Assembly: GCA_038210185.1 (NCBI GenBank)
Contig: JBBQWX010000002.1
Span: 10,705-74,704, forward strand
Direction of reading: 5' to 3'
From: Actinomycetales bacterium
GTDB lineage: Bacteria; Actinomycetota; Actinomycetes; Actinomycetales; Dermatophilaceae
DNA: 64,000 bases
In this document: in pieces, positions 44,460-55,051 of the stretch
Layout: each line of letters starts with the position of its first letter
Position numbering within the stretch: the first letter of the stretch is position 1
Notes under the pieces: generated by a model
What the model was told of the DNA's origin: nothing
What the model saw: only the letters and a program-made list of their open reading frames with translations
Databases searched by the model: none
Position numbers and translations under genes: made by a program

Positions 44460-46400
44460 GTGGTCCGAAGCCTTCGTGCGCGCGACACCGCGCCGTCGCT
44501 GGCGACGTCCGACCCTGCCGACAGGAGGTGGCGACGCGTGGCCGCGGGCATCCTCACCGGCGTCGCCACGGTCGCGGTCCTCCTCGTGGCCTCCTCACCG
44601 GCCCTCACGAGCCTGCTCGCCGTGGTCCTCGTGGTCCTGGCCCCGACGGCCGCTCGCCTCGACCGGCGCCTCGCCCTCAACCTCGCGCTCGTGTTCGGCT
44701 GGGTGCCGGCAGCGCTCTACCTGCCGCCGGCGCTCGGGCCGCGCACGGCCGCTGTTGCAGCACTGTCCGCGGGGGCGGGCCTGACGGCCGCCGCCCTCGC
44801 CCGGGGCACCCGGCTGGTGCCGACGTGGCGGCGTCGCGACGTCGCCCTCCCCGTGGGCGGCGTGCTCGCCGCCCTGGTGGCCCTGCCGCTGGCGTCACCG
44901 GGCGACCCGGGACGTGCCCTGGCGATGTTGTCGACCGGCATCGACAACGCGTTCCACTTCTCGATGTTCCTGGAGAAGCGGCTGACGGGGGCCGGCGCCG
45001 GCCTCCTTCCGGGCATGGACACCACGGGATTCGCGAACTACCCGAAGGGTTTCCACTCGTTCCTCGCAGTCGTGGCCCAGACCCGGTACGGCGACGTGGG
45101 CGCGTCCACGGTCGAGCTCGAGCGGTATGCCGGTTCGCAGTGGGTGGTGTTCGTGCTGCTGACCCTGCTCGTGACCGCCGGCTTCGTGCAGGCACTCCCC
45201 GACCGCACGACTGCCGGCGTGACCGTGCCGGGGCTGGTCATCGTCTGGAGCCTCGTCCTCGGCATCCCCGGCGGGCTCAACCTCGTCCAGGGACATCTGC
45301 CCTTCCTGGTTGCGGCGTGGGTGATCACGGTCGCGGTGCTGCTGACGGTGACCGCTGACCGGGTGACCGTGCTGAGCGTCGTCGCCGTGCTCGGGCTGGT
45401 GCTCACAGCAACGTCCTGGACCCTGCTCCTGCCGTTCGCCGCCGTCGCCGCCGCCTACCCGGTGGTCGTGCTCTGGCGTCGCCAGCGGGCGGGCGTGCGC
45501 TGGGTGGTGGCCCTCGCCTTCGGACTGGTCGCACTCGGGGCTGCTGCCCTCGTCGTGCCCCTCGCGGCCTCCTCGGCGATCCGAGACCTCACGCGCGATG
45601 GGACGGTCTCTCGCGTCTCCCCGATCGTGCTCGTGCTGCTGATCGTCGCGCCCCTCCTCATCGTCCTGGACCTGCGGCGGCGGCTCGGCGAGCGGATGCC
45701 GCTGCTCCCCCACCTGACCGTCCTCGCCGCCGGCGTGGCGCAGCTCGCTGTGCTGGCGGCCTACCTGCTCTCGGCCACGGGAACGCTGACCTACTACTTC
45801 TGGAAGCTCGCCATCGCGACGCTGATCGTCACGCTCCCCCTCACGGCCCAGGTCGTCGCCGTTGCCGTGAGTCGGACCGCACCGTCCGAACGGGCCCGGC
45901 CCACGACCCGCGTCCTGGTGGCGACGATCGTGTCGGTCGTGGCCCTTGTGGGGCTCGGCAGTGCCCTACAAAAGTTCGCGGCCCCGTCGGCGGCCTGGGC
46001 GGCCGGCATCCCGACGCTCCTCGCCGACCGGGCGTCGTCGGACTCGGCCGGCGATGTGGATGCAGTGATCTCGCTCGCCACCACGACGACCCTGCGCGAC
46101 GCCGAGCGCACGACCCTCATCGCGACGCGCGAGGAGGACATGCTCGCCGGCCACGCCTCGGTGTGGTTCCATGCGCTGGGCCCGACGACGTCCGGGCGCG
46201 CCATGTCGACGAACGACCAGCTGTTCGAGATCGGGGAGCACCCGAACGACTTCGCCCTCGTCGTGGCGCTCGCCCGCTCGGCGCTGGAGGCGCCCGACGG
46301 GCGCGTCGTCGTGACGGACCCCACGACCTTCGCGGAGATCACCCGACTGGTGGAGCCGGGCGGGGCCGACCGTGTGGTGCTCGTGACACCCACCCCCTGA
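44460..46400 (+). CDS. Large GT-C-like membrane glycosyltransferase (Rv3779-like pattern)
   Basis: 646 aa with many TM segments; GIDNAFH and NYPKGFH loop motifs; directly upstream of the GT2/DUF2304 pair. Confidence 0.65.
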   Translation: MVRSLRARDTAPSLATSDPADRRWRRVAAGILTGVATVAVLLVASSPALTSLLAVVLVVLAPTAARLDRRLALNLALVFGWVPAALYLPPALGPRTAAVAALSAGAGLTAAALARGTRLVPTWRRRDVALPVGGVLAALVALPLASPGDPGRALAMLSTGIDNAFHFSMFLEKRLTGAGAGLLPGMDTTGFANYPKGFHSFLAVVAQTRYGDVGASTVELERYAGSQWVVFVLLTLLVTAGFVQALPDRTTAGVTVPGLVIVWSLVLGIPGGLNLVQGHLPFLVAAWVITVAVLLTVTADRVTVLSVVAVLGLVLTATSWTLLLPFAAVAAAYPVVVLWRRQRAGVRWVVALAFGLVALGAAALVVPLAASSAIRDLTRDGTVSRVSPIVLVLLIVAPLLIVLDLRRRLGERMPLLPHLTVLAAGVAQLAVLAAYLLSATGTLTYYFWKLAIATLIVTLPLTAQVVAVAVSRTAPSERARPTTRVLVATIVSVVALVGLGSALQKFAAPSAAWAAGIPTLLADRASSDSAGDVDAVISLATTTTLRDAERTTLIATREEDMLAGHASVWFHALGPTTSGRAMSTNDQLFEIGEHPNDFALVVALARSALEAPDGRVVVTDPTTFAEITRLVEPGGADRVVLVTPTP

Positions 46401-46469
46401 GCCGCGACAATGCCTTCACCCCCGCACCACAGGCACCACCGGGCACAATCGTGCGGGAAAGGGGTTCCC

Positions 46470-47243
46470 ATGGACGCAGCACGACGCACCGCGGTGGGTC
46501 ACCGCACCCTTGCGAACCCCCGAAAGCTGCTCGTCGTCGTGCCCGCGCTGAATGAGGGCCCCAGTGTCGGGGCGGTCGTCAGCGCCGTGCGGACCCGTGT
46601 GCCGGGGGCCAAGGTGCTCGTGGTCGACGACCATTCGACCGACGACACGGCTGCGGTCGCTGCCGCTGCCGGGGCGGCCGTGGTCTCGCTGCCCTTCACC
46701 CTCGGCGTCGGCGGGGCGATGCGCACCGGCTACGGCTACGCACTCCGGCACGGCTACGACGTGGTGGTCCAGGTCGACGGAGACGGCCAGCACGAGGTAC
46801 GCGACCTGCCCGAACTCGTCGCCGCGCTCGACGACGCCGACATCGTGATCGGGGCCCGGTTCGCCGACGACACCCCCTACGAGGTCGGTGGCACCCGGCG
46901 CTTTGCGATGCGCCTGCTGGCTGCCGTGATGTCCTTGGTCGTCGGCACCCGGCTCACCGACAGCACCTCCGGCTACCGGGCGCTCGGCCCGCGCGCCATC
47001 GCCCTGTTCGCCGAGGACTATCCGGTCGAGTACCTCGGCGACACCGTCGAGGCCCTGGTGATCGCGCGCAAGTGCCGGCTGGTCATCACGCAGGTGCCGG
47101 TGCGCATGACGGCCCGCGAGCACGGCCGTCCCTCCCAGGGCGTCGTGCGCTCCTTGGCCTACCTCGTTCGTGCGCTCGTCGCCATCGGCCTCGGGCTGGT
47201 GCGCCGCTGGCGCTGCCCCTCGGCCGCGGGGACGGCACGGTGA
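46470..47243 (+). CDS. DPM1/PpgS-like GT2 (polyprenyl-phosphate sugar synthase)
   Basis: VPALNE, VVDD.STD.T, LGVGGA.RTG, QVDGDGQH, GARF, DSTSGYR. Confidence 0.88.
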   Translation: MDAARRTAVGHRTLANPRKLLVVVPALNEGPSVGAVVSAVRTRVPGAKVLVVDDHSTDDTAAVAAAAGAAVVSLPFTLGVGGAMRTGYGYALRHGYDVVVQVDGDGQHEVRDLPELVAALDDADIVIGARFADDTPYEVGGTRRFAMRLLAAVMSLVVGTRLTDSTSGYRALGPRAIALFAEDYPVEYLGDTVEALVIARKCRLVITQVPVRMTAREHGRPSQGVVRSLAYLVRALVAIGLGLVRRWRCPSAAGTAR

Positions 47244-47638
47244 GGCCCGACGGCTACTGGCTCGGCCTCGTCGGCGGCCTCGTCGTGCTCGCGATGTCGC
47301 TCGAGCTGGTGCGGCGACGCCACGTGCGGGGCCGCCTCGCGATCGCGTGGCTCGTCCTCGGTTCCGTCGCCGTCGTCTTCGCCATCTTCCCGTCGGCGCT
47401 GGGGTGGGTGACCGCGACCCTGCACGTCCAGATCCCCCTGAACCTCATCCTGTTCACCGGGGTGCTCTTCCTCCTCGTCATCTCGATGCAGCTGGCCTCG
47501 GAGGTCGGCCGCCTCGAGTCGCGCACCCGTCGGCTGGCCGAGGAGGTCGCCATCCTGCGCGCCGACCTCGACGCGGCCGACGAAGACCGCCGGGCGGACG
47601 GCGGGAACCCGGACGCCACGGGCGGCGCACCGTCGTGA
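47240..47638 (+). CDS. DUF2304 membrane protein (Rv3632-like)
   Basis: 3 TM segments, LVRRR, W, FP, N, RLE.R.RRLAEEVA.L; coupled to the GT2. Confidence 0.88.
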   Translation: MRPDGYWLGLVGGLVVLAMSLELVRRRHVRGRLAIAWLVLGSVAVVFAIFPSALGWVTATLHVQIPLNLILFTGVLFLLVISMQLASEVGRLESRTRRLAEEVAILRADLDAADEDRRADGGNPDATGGAPS

Positions 47639-48630
47639 CGACCTCCGTCATCGTCGTGGCGCACGGGGACGAGCCACTGCTCACCGCCTGCCTGTCCGCG
47701 ATCCTGACCGACCTGCCCGATGGCGGGGAGGTGCTCGTCGTCGACAACGGGGTCTCCGCCCCTCCCACCGTCCCGGGCGTGCGAGTGGTGACCCGCGGTC
47801 GCAACCTCGGTTTCGGCGGCGGTTGCCGGGCCGGGGTCGAGGAGGCACGCGGTGACGTGCTCGTCTTCGTCAACTCGGATGCCGTCGTGCGGGCGGGCGC
47901 GGTGGCCGCCCTCGCGGAGGCGCTGGGCGACCCCGGCACCGGCCTGGTGTGCGGCTGCGTCGTTCTGACCGAGCGGCCCGACCGCATCAACTCCGTCGGC
48001 AACCCGGTGCACGTGACCGGGCTCAGCTGGGCCGGTGGGTACCTCGACCCCGTCGAGGAGCACGCCGTTGCCGGTGACGTCGTGGCCGTCACCGGAGCAC
48101 TGTTCGCGACCCGCCGTTCGGTGTGGGACCAGCTGGGTGGGATGCACGACGACTTCTTCCTCTACTACGAGGACACCGACCTGAGCCTGCGCTGCTGGCT
48201 CGCGGGCCTGCGGGTCCGCTATGTTCCCTCGGCTGTGGCCGAGCACTCCTACGAGTTCGCGCGCAACCCGCACAAGATGCACCTGCTCGAGCGGAACCGG
48301 CTCCACAGCCTCCTGACCGCCTACCCGGGTCACCTGCTCCGGCGGGCCCTCCCCGTCGTCGTGGTGACCGAGCCGCTGCTCCTCGTCCTCGCGCTGCGTG
48401 ACGGATGGGGGCGCGAGAAGGTGGCGGCCTGGTGGTGGCTCCTGCGACACGCCCCGCAGCTCGCCGCGCGTCGCCGCACGGTCACCCGTGCCGCACCACA
48501 CGCCCTCGACGGTCTGCTCACCACCCGAATGTCCACGCGACAGGTCACGGCGCCCCCCGGCATCCCCCTGCTCGACCGCCTCGTCACAGCCTACTGGGGC
48601 GCGGTCCTGTCCCCACGGGCGCCGGCGTGA
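47635..48630 (+). CDS. GT2 glycosyltransferase (WbbL-like)
   Basis: VVDNG, NLGFGGG, FVNSD, VTGA, FFLYYEDTDL.LR, H.Y, LERNR. Confidence 0.9.
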   Translation: MTTSVIVVAHGDEPLLTACLSAILTDLPDGGEVLVVDNGVSAPPTVPGVRVVTRGRNLGFGGGCRAGVEEARGDVLVFVNSDAVVRAGAVAALAEALGDPGTGLVCGCVVLTERPDRINSVGNPVHVTGLSWAGGYLDPVEEHAVAGDVVAVTGALFATRRSVWDQLGGMHDDFFLYYEDTDLSLRCWLAGLRVRYVPSAVAEHSYEFARNPHKMHLLERNRLHSLLTAYPGHLLRRALPVVVVTEPLLLVLALRDGWGREKVAAWWWLLRHAPQLAARRRTVTRAAPHALDGLLTTRMSTRQVTAPPGIPLLDRLVTAYWGAVLSPRAPA

Positions 48631-49643
48631 GGCCGTCGCAGGGGCACGGCGTCGTCGTCCTAGCCGCCTACCACCCCGATCCCGAGCTCTTCGCGGTGCA
48701 GCTGCGATCGATCCGCGACCAGTCCCGGCCCGACTTCCGCTGCCTGATCGGCGCTGACGGCGGGCAGGCCGAGGTGCGAGCGCTCGTCGCCGAGGTGGTC
48801 GGGGGTGATGACCGCTTCGAGGTCGTCGGGTGGGACGACAACCTCGGCTTCTACCTGAACTTCGAGCGCCTGCTCGCCCTCGTGCCCGAGGACGTCTCGT
48901 GGGTCGCGCTGAGCGACCAGGACGACCGCTGGTACCCCGACAAGCTCCAGCGCCTGGTGCCTCTGCTTGATGATGTGACGCTGGCCACGGGGCAGGCGCG
49001 GGTCGTCGAGTGGCCGGGAGACCGCATCGTGCTGGAGCGGACGGACCGAAGGGTGGTCCCGGCGGAAGACCTCCTCATTCAGAACCAGGTGACGGGGGCG
49101 CTGAGCGTTCTGCGGCGCGAGCTGCTCGACCTTGCGCTGCCGTTCCCCAGGCTGCACACCGTGACCCAGCTGCACGACCATTGGCTGGCCATGTGCGCGG
49201 TCGTGGGCGGTGGCTACGACGTGCTGGACGAGACCGTTCAGGACTACGTCCAGCACGATGGCAACCAAGTGGGTGAGGTTGCCCTCCACCGCGGGTGGAC
49301 GCCCGCGGGTTTCATCCGGCGGACCCTGGAGCTTGGCGACACCTACGAAGGCGCTCGCGATGTGGCAGCCTGTGCCCGCGCATGCCAGACGCAGAGCTTC
49401 GAATGGCGCCGTCTCGTCCTCGCCACGTTGGTAGGCAGGACCGGTCGGCTCCCGACCTCGCTCGCCCGAGAGCATGGACGATTGCGACGGGACGCCCCAG
49501 CGCGGACCATCGTGCCGCTGCTCTGGCGAGCCACTCGTTCCCCCAACAGCTCGCCGTGGGTCGTGGCGACTTTCGTCCCGGGAATCCCCTACGAGGTCAT
49601 CGTGCGTCACCGGACGCGGCAGGGGCGCCCGCGGAAAGGCTGA
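48627..49643 (+). CDS. GT2 glycosyltransferase (rhamnosyltransferase-like)
   Basis: QL.SI..Q, NLGFY.NFER, LSDQDD.WYPDKL, NQVTGA, HDHW, YVQH.GN. Confidence 0.9.
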   Translation: MRPSQGHGVVVLAAYHPDPELFAVQLRSIRDQSRPDFRCLIGADGGQAEVRALVAEVVGGDDRFEVVGWDDNLGFYLNFERLLALVPEDVSWVALSDQDDRWYPDKLQRLVPLLDDVTLATGQARVVEWPGDRIVLERTDRRVVPAEDLLIQNQVTGALSVLRRELLDLALPFPRLHTVTQLHDHWLAMCAVVGGGYDVLDETVQDYVQHDGNQVGEVALHRGWTPAGFIRRTLELGDTYEGARDVAACARACQTQSFEWRRLVLATLVGRTGRLPTSLAREHGRLRRDAPARTIVPLLWRATRSPNSSPWVVATFVPGIPYEVIVRHRTRQGRPRKG

Positions 49644-49647
49644 CCGC

Positions 49648-50904
49648 TCAGGGCGCCCCCGGATGGCGAGTGCGCAGGACGGTTGTGATCTGCACGCCGA
49701 GGATGCCGGCCTCCACGGCGAGGACAGTCCACACCACGCCGATGGGCCCAAAAAGTCGGCCTGCAACGAGGCCGCCTACGACTAGGAGGATGGCTCCGGC
49801 GGCGGTCGACCGCGCCAACTCATTGCGCCCACCGAAGGGGACAAGAACAGCGAGCGCGTTGACCTGCGTGACAAGCAGCACCCCCACAAGCAGGGAAAAG
49901 ACCAGGACCTGGCTGGAGTCCACCGTGACCGTACCCGCGGACAGCAGCGTGGCCGCCGGGGCAGCGAGGAGCCCGAAGCACAGCGCCGCCGTAAGACCCC
50001 CGACAACCGCACCACCCAAAGCGCGAAGCCCTCGCGACCGAAGACCTTCGGGCGAGCCGGCCGGAACCCAGCGCTGGACGACCTGGAGTATCGGGGCCGC
50101 CCCGGCGATCACGTACTTGACCATCCGGTCGAGCAACAGGAACGACGGCACCTGGGGCGAGCCGGTCGCCGCGAGCAGCAGTGATGATCCGTAACTGTTC
50201 ACTCCGCCGGCCAGACCCGCGGCCAGCAGAGTCGAATTCTCGCGCAGGTACGTTCGGACTGCGAGCTCGCCAACCGGCGACTGCTCGACGTCCAGGTCGC
50301 AACGCACGGCCCGCAACACGCGGATCGCCGCCACGGCGGCGCCGGCGAAGAACGGCAGAGCAAAAGCGAGCGCGGCTCCCGTCCCGAGCGCAGCAGCCAC
50401 TCCTACGAGTGTCCCCACCGCGAGCGGAAGCACTTCAATCATGAGCCACCGCCCGGGCTGACCCCGGCCGACGAAGTACCACGCCCCACCGAGTCCAGCG
50501 AGAAGGGCTCCGCACGCCACGACGGCAGCTGCCGCGCCGTCACGGGGCGCAAGCAGCCACGCCAAAGGCCCGATGACGATCGCTACGATCCCAAACAGTC
50601 GAGTCCGCGCGCCCACCGAGGAGAGGTAGAGCGCGGGCTGGCCACCGGACGGAGTCAGGGCCACCACGGAGGCACCGAAGCTGCCGAGCCCCGCGGTCAC
50701 GATCGTCGTGCAGAGCAGCCCCGCGGCCTGAGCGACGTTGAGCGTGCCCCACGAGGCAGGCCCCAGTGCCTTTAGCAGGCCCGCGGTCTGCACAAGGCCG
50801 ACGATGGTCTGGACGACGAGAATGAGACCGAAACCGGATAGGTCCCACCCTCCGCGGCCCCGACGCGAAGCGGCACCCAAGCCCGGCAGCCCCGCGCCAC
50901 CCAC
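49648..50904 (-). CDS. Wzx/MATE-like oligosaccharide flippase
   Basis: ~12 TM segments, LGP..WG, W...G.G; start uncertain. Confidence 0.7.
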   Translation of the reverse strand: MGGAGLPGLGAASRRGRGGWDLSGFGLILVVQTIVGLVQTAGLLKALGPASWGTLNVAQAAGLLCTTIVTAGLGSFGASVVALTPSGGQPALYLSSVGARTRLFGIVAIVIGPLAWLLAPRDGAAAAVVACGALLAGLGGAWYFVGRGQPGRWLMIEVLPLAVGTLVGVAAALGTGAALAFALPFFAGAAVAAIRVLRAVRCDLDVEQSPVGELAVRTYLRENSTLLAAGLAGGVNSYGSSLLLAATGSPQVPSFLLLDRMVKYVIAGAAPILQVVQRWVPAGSPEGLRSRGLRALGGAVVGGLTAALCFGLLAAPAATLLSAGTVTVDSSQVLVFSLLVGVLLVTQVNALAVLVPFGGRNELARSTAAGAILLVVGGLVAGRLFGPIGVVWTVLAVEAGILGVQITTVLRTRHPGAP

Positions 50905-50906
50905 CG

Positions 50907-51677
50907 TCAGCGCCGACCGCGCGCACGAGCGATCGATCCGGCAGCCGCGACGAGCACGACGACGCACCTCCAGTAGCGGATCGCTACCTGCTGGAACGCA
51001 TCCTCGTTGCCTACCACTCGGGCAAGAGCCCGCACGGGCGCGCGGAGTGCCTTTTCGCGCGGTGGCATCAGGTCGGCCAAGTCGTCGACCACAGTTGGCT
51101 CCGGCAGGGTTGCGCACGGCGCGGACGGCGCTGACGTCACGGGCGTCCTGACGCCCACGAAGTACAGGTCCGCCGCCACAGGGGCGTAGTGCAGCCTCCA
51201 GGACGAGAACCACTCGTCGAGCGGCAGCGCGCGCACCTCTGCGGGCGAGATGTTCCGGTAGTGGTCAAGTCCCACAGACTGCGTCCCGGGCGACTCCCTT
51301 GCGGTGGTCCGGCTCGTCCCATGCTCGATTCGCCCTCGTGATGCACAGGTGAACGCCACAAGTCCTCCGGGGCGGGTCACTCTCACCATCGTCGCGAAGG
51401 TCCGACGCCAGTGCGGGTCGTGCTCGAAGCATTCGCCCGAGACTGTGACGTCCCACGAGCCGTCCGGGTCATCGATGATGCTTCCGTCCCCTACCCGGTC
51501 AACGCCCGGACCTTCCACAAGGTCGACACCCACATACTCATCGGCCCCCGAAAAGAGCCGGCGCACACTCCCGTTGACGTCATAGGAACCGACCTCAAGT
51601 ACTCGCGATCCATTCACCAGCGGGCGGTTTGCCGACACGCACGCTGCGATGAAGCCCAACTGCTCGGGATGGCTCAC
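50907..51677 (-). CDS. Class I SAM-dependent methyltransferase (glycan-associated type)
   Basis: VLEVGSYDVNGSVR, YVGVD...GPGVD, ECFEH, RVTRPGG. Confidence 0.88.
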   Translation of the reverse strand: MSHPEQLGFIAACVSANRPLVNGSRVLEVGSYDVNGSVRRLFSGADEYVGVDLVEGPGVDRVGDGSIIDDPDGSWDVTVSGECFEHDPHWRRTFATMVRVTRPGGLVAFTCASRGRIEHGTSRTTARESPGTQSVGLDHYRNISPAEVRALPLDEWFSSWRLHYAPVAADLYFVGVRTPVTSAPSAPCATLPEPTVVDDLADLMPPREKALRAPVRALARVVGNEDAFQQVAIRYWRCVVVLVAAAGSIARARGRR

Positions 51678-51987
51678 TGGTCAGTCACCCCGGCGGGGCC
51701 CGAGACGGACCTATGCCTTCTCACGACCACCTCTCGCTGTTGGAGGCCGCCCGCCCGGAAAGCGCGGCCGCCTGCGGCGCCATCGTAGGCACCTGCGACC
51801 GATCCCACCGGCATCCAAGTCTGATGCCCCACCTTGCGTCGCCCGATGCACGACCACTGAGGAGAGGGCGCAGCAGTGGACCCCAGACGTTCCCAGCCCT
51901 CATTGCGCGCCTGAGCACCGCCGTGCACGGCGTCGATGACCCGCTGAGGCGACTGGGAGTCGTTCGGCCCTAGGCGTCCCCTCAGGG

Positions 51988-53727
51988 TCATCTGACGCAT
52001 GACGAAAGAACACCTGACCTCGTGGTGTCCGCCACGACGAGGGAGCTCGCACCAGGAGCAACCGACCGCACCTGGTAAAGCCCTGCCGGCAGCCGCGGGG
52101 CCCGGACGCCGGACACGCCGCCGAACTCGTCGTGGAGAGACAGCCCGATGCTCGAAGTGCGGGACACCTTGAACACCGGTGATGGGGAAGCCAGTGGAAC
52201 GGCCAGCTCCTGGATGCCGGTGCCTGAGCACTGGACCGCACTTGGCGGCAGTGCTTCGAGCACCACCTGACCAGCGAGCCTCGCGCTCATCTGGTCTGCC
52301 TGCGTCACTTCGCTCGTGACTTGGGACAGGTCGAGGGAGGCCAGGTCCGCGGGCGACAGGAAGGCGAACTCGGCGGTCGCTGCCATCTCGTCGAGCAGGG
52401 GCTCTCCGGAACGCTGCATCTGTTGCCCTGCTGCGAGGGTCCGGGCGGTGGTGCGAGTCAGGTCGGACCACTCCTCGGCGACTGGCCACCAGGTGATGGC
52501 ATTGGCCGCTGCCAGGACACCCACCGCGGTGAGCGTAGCCGTCCGCGCTCGCCGGTGCCCCGCCACGAGTCGGGTGAGGAAGCAGATCAGGAACGGCAGG
52601 AGGAAAGCGGTGCCGACGTAGGTGTACCGGGACAGCATCGCGTAGCCCAGTCCGTACTCCACCCGCCAGATGCTGCTCAGCACCACGACCGCGGGCAGTC
52701 CGAGCAGGAACACGGTCACCATGCGATCCGGCCGCAGTCCGCGCTCTCGTTCCGTGGCCAAGAGGATGACGAGCAGGAGCGCCACACCGGCGCAGGCCAG
52801 GAGGGCCGCCGCCGGATCGAGCCCTGTCGTGACGGCATCCTCAGCCGACCGCCACGGCACGACCGAGACCATCGCGTTGCCAACCCCCATCGCCCAGTAC
52901 AGCGGCAGCAGGAGCAGCTGCTCGACGGAACGGGGCTCGCCCGCGGCTGCCGGAGTCTGCACCGCGTACCACGCGAGGAAGACCATAGTGGGCGGGGCGA
53001 GCATCCACAGCTCACGGTTGCGCCGTTGAACGGCGAGCAACAGGCACGAGAGGGAGAGGAACACCGGCGCCAGCCCGAAGGTCATGACGTTGAGCACCGA
53101 GAGCACGATGACGATCGCGGGGCGGGGCCGGGGGCTGTTCAGCTCGAGAATGGTCGCCGTTCCGAGAACCATGCTCCCGACCAGGCCCATCTGGACCGAG
53201 AACAGGATGTCCTCGACCCCCGCGCCGTACAGCGCGAACCCGGCGGCCGCGATCGTGGCGAACCACAGGTCACTGCCTCCGCGGACTGCCACCCGCCACA
53301 GGAGATGGCACAGGACCAGGTGCAGGAGGATGGTCACTGCGACGTAGGGCCATACGGAGCCGGCGCCCGCAGTGAAGCCGAGCAGCGAGAACACGAGCTT
53401 GGGTAACAGGATCCAGTGTTCGTTGTGCGGCGCCAAGAGCCAGGACACCGAGAAGTCACCGCGATTCAGCGCGGCGATCAGTGCCCAGTCGTCGTAGTAG
53501 AACTGGAGCCCGCGCGCGGGCCACGCGATCACTCCGGCGGCCAGCAACAGCGATGACACGTGGACGGCCAGAGCCGCGCCTGTGAACCCGGTTCCTGCCG
53601 TCCCGTTCATGGCCTCCGGAAAGGCTCCGTCGTCAGGACGTTGCGCCTGCGCCGGGGACGCCCCCAGCGGCTCGGAACCCACCGACGGCTGACCCAGCGT
53701 GACCTCGTCGTTCCTCGGCACCGACAA
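51988..53727 (-). CDS. Polytopic GT-C-like membrane protein
   Basis: YYDDWAL..PHNEHW...PK loop, ~11 TM segments, SRY.Y, C-terminal soluble domain. Confidence 0.65.
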   Translation of the reverse strand: MSVPRNDEVTLGQPSVGSEPLGASPAQAQRPDDGAFPEAMNGTAGTGFTGAALAVHVSSLLLAAGVIAWPARGLQFYYDDWALIAALNRGDFSVSWLLAPHNEHWILLPKLVFSLLGFTAGAGSVWPYVAVTILLHLVLCHLLWRVAVRGGSDLWFATIAAAGFALYGAGVEDILFSVQMGLVGSMVLGTATILELNSPRPRPAIVIVLSVLNVMTFGLAPVFLSLSCLLLAVQRRNRELWMLAPPTMVFLAWYAVQTPAAAGEPRSVEQLLLLPLYWAMGVGNAMVSVVPWRSAEDAVTTGLDPAAALLACAGVALLLVILLATERERGLRPDRMVTVFLLGLPAVVVLSSIWRVEYGLGYAMLSRYTYVGTAFLLPFLICFLTRLVAGHRRARTATLTAVGVLAAANAITWWPVAEEWSDLTRTTARTLAAGQQMQRSGEPLLDEMAATAEFAFLSPADLASLDLSQVTSEVTQADQMSARLAGQVVLEALPPSAVQCSGTGIQELAVPLASPSPVFKVSRTSSIGLSLHDEFGGVSGVRAPRLPAGLYQVRSVAPGASSLVVADTTRSGVLSSCVR

Positions 53728-53932
53728 CCCCCACTGACACAGCCTTGAGTTCTCTCGTCAACCATCGTCGGCCAGAGGGCGAACGCTCGATATCCCCCGT
53801 TCGGACACAAGCATCGGCGCCGTGGCGGTTACGGACCGTTCGAGCCGAGTGCGTCGGCCTGCGATCCGGCTGGTGCTCGGGCACCATGGGCGTGCCCCGT
53901 CACAGCAGCTCGACCGACCCACGAAGGCCGGC

Positions 53933-54987
53933 ATGACCGCAACGACCTCGACTACGCCCGAGGGCCCCCTGCGCACGGGGCGCGGCGGCCGGTGACCGGA
54001 TGGCGATGGATCGCCGTGCCCCTGGCCATCTACGTCGCCACCGCGTCGTCACCAGCTTGTTCCTCGCGTGGGCCGCCCGTGCCCAGGCGGCGCTACCTCT
54101 CGACTCGTCGATCTGGTTGACCGAGCCCCTGCCCGCTGCGCCGTCTCTGCTCGAGGTCAGCACCAACTGGGACGGCCAGTGGCAATGGCAGATCGTGCAG
54201 TACGGCTATCCGGGCAACCCACCTCCCGCCGGCTCGCGCATCCCGCAGTCTCCCTTAGCTTCTACCCCGGCTATCCCACCATCGTCGACGGCTTCATGAG
54301 CGTCACCGGCGCCGCCTTCCCACTCGCTGCGGTGATGGTGTCGCTCGTAGCGGGCGCGTCGCAGAGGCGTTGTTCCACCAGCTCCTGCTCCGAACCGTGT
54401 CGCCGTTCGTCGCGACGGCCAACATCACGCTGCTGTGTGCCTGGCCGGGCGCGGTCGTCATGCAGACCGGCTATCCCGAGTCATCGGCCCTGCTCCTCAT
54501 CGTTCTGGCAGTGCGCTGGATGATGCTGCGGCACAGGCCCTGGCGGGCGTAGCCGTTGTCCCCCTCGGTTTCGTGCGACCTCTCACCGTGCCGGTCGCAG
54601 TTGTGGTCGTCGCGCACGCGGTCACCCGGTGGCGTGAGTCGGGCGACCTGGACGCTTGCACCTGCGGGCGCCTCGCTCTACCTCTGCTGGCGTGCGGCGT
54701 CGGTACGGTCACCTGGCCTTTCGAGGCCGCGTGTGGTCAGGCTCCTACGTCTCTTGATCGTTCTAGTGACGGCAATGCCGACCATCGGGATCGTCCGCTA
54801 CTCGCTCTTGGCCCTCGTGCCGTTCTGGCCGTTCCCCGATGACAGTCGCCCGGAACGTGCGAGCGACCGGCGTGCCCGTTGGGTCGCGATTGCCGTGCTT
54901 GTTGCCCTGGCGCTCGCCGGGCAGTACTGGTGGGTGGCGGACGTCTTCACCATCGACCAGTCACCGCTGCTGCAGTCCTACCCGTGA
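53933..54987 (+). pseudogene. Frameshifted PIG-V/GT76-like mannosyltransferase
   Basis: Motifs NWDGQW..I.QYGYP, FYPGYP, Y.ES and RY.L lie in successive different frames; in-frame TAG at 54550-54552. Confidence 0.8.
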
Positions 54988-55051
54988 CTCGGCGCCACCA
55001 GGCGACAGCCCGGAGCCGAATGCCGTGGGCGCACCACGGCATCTGGCCGCC

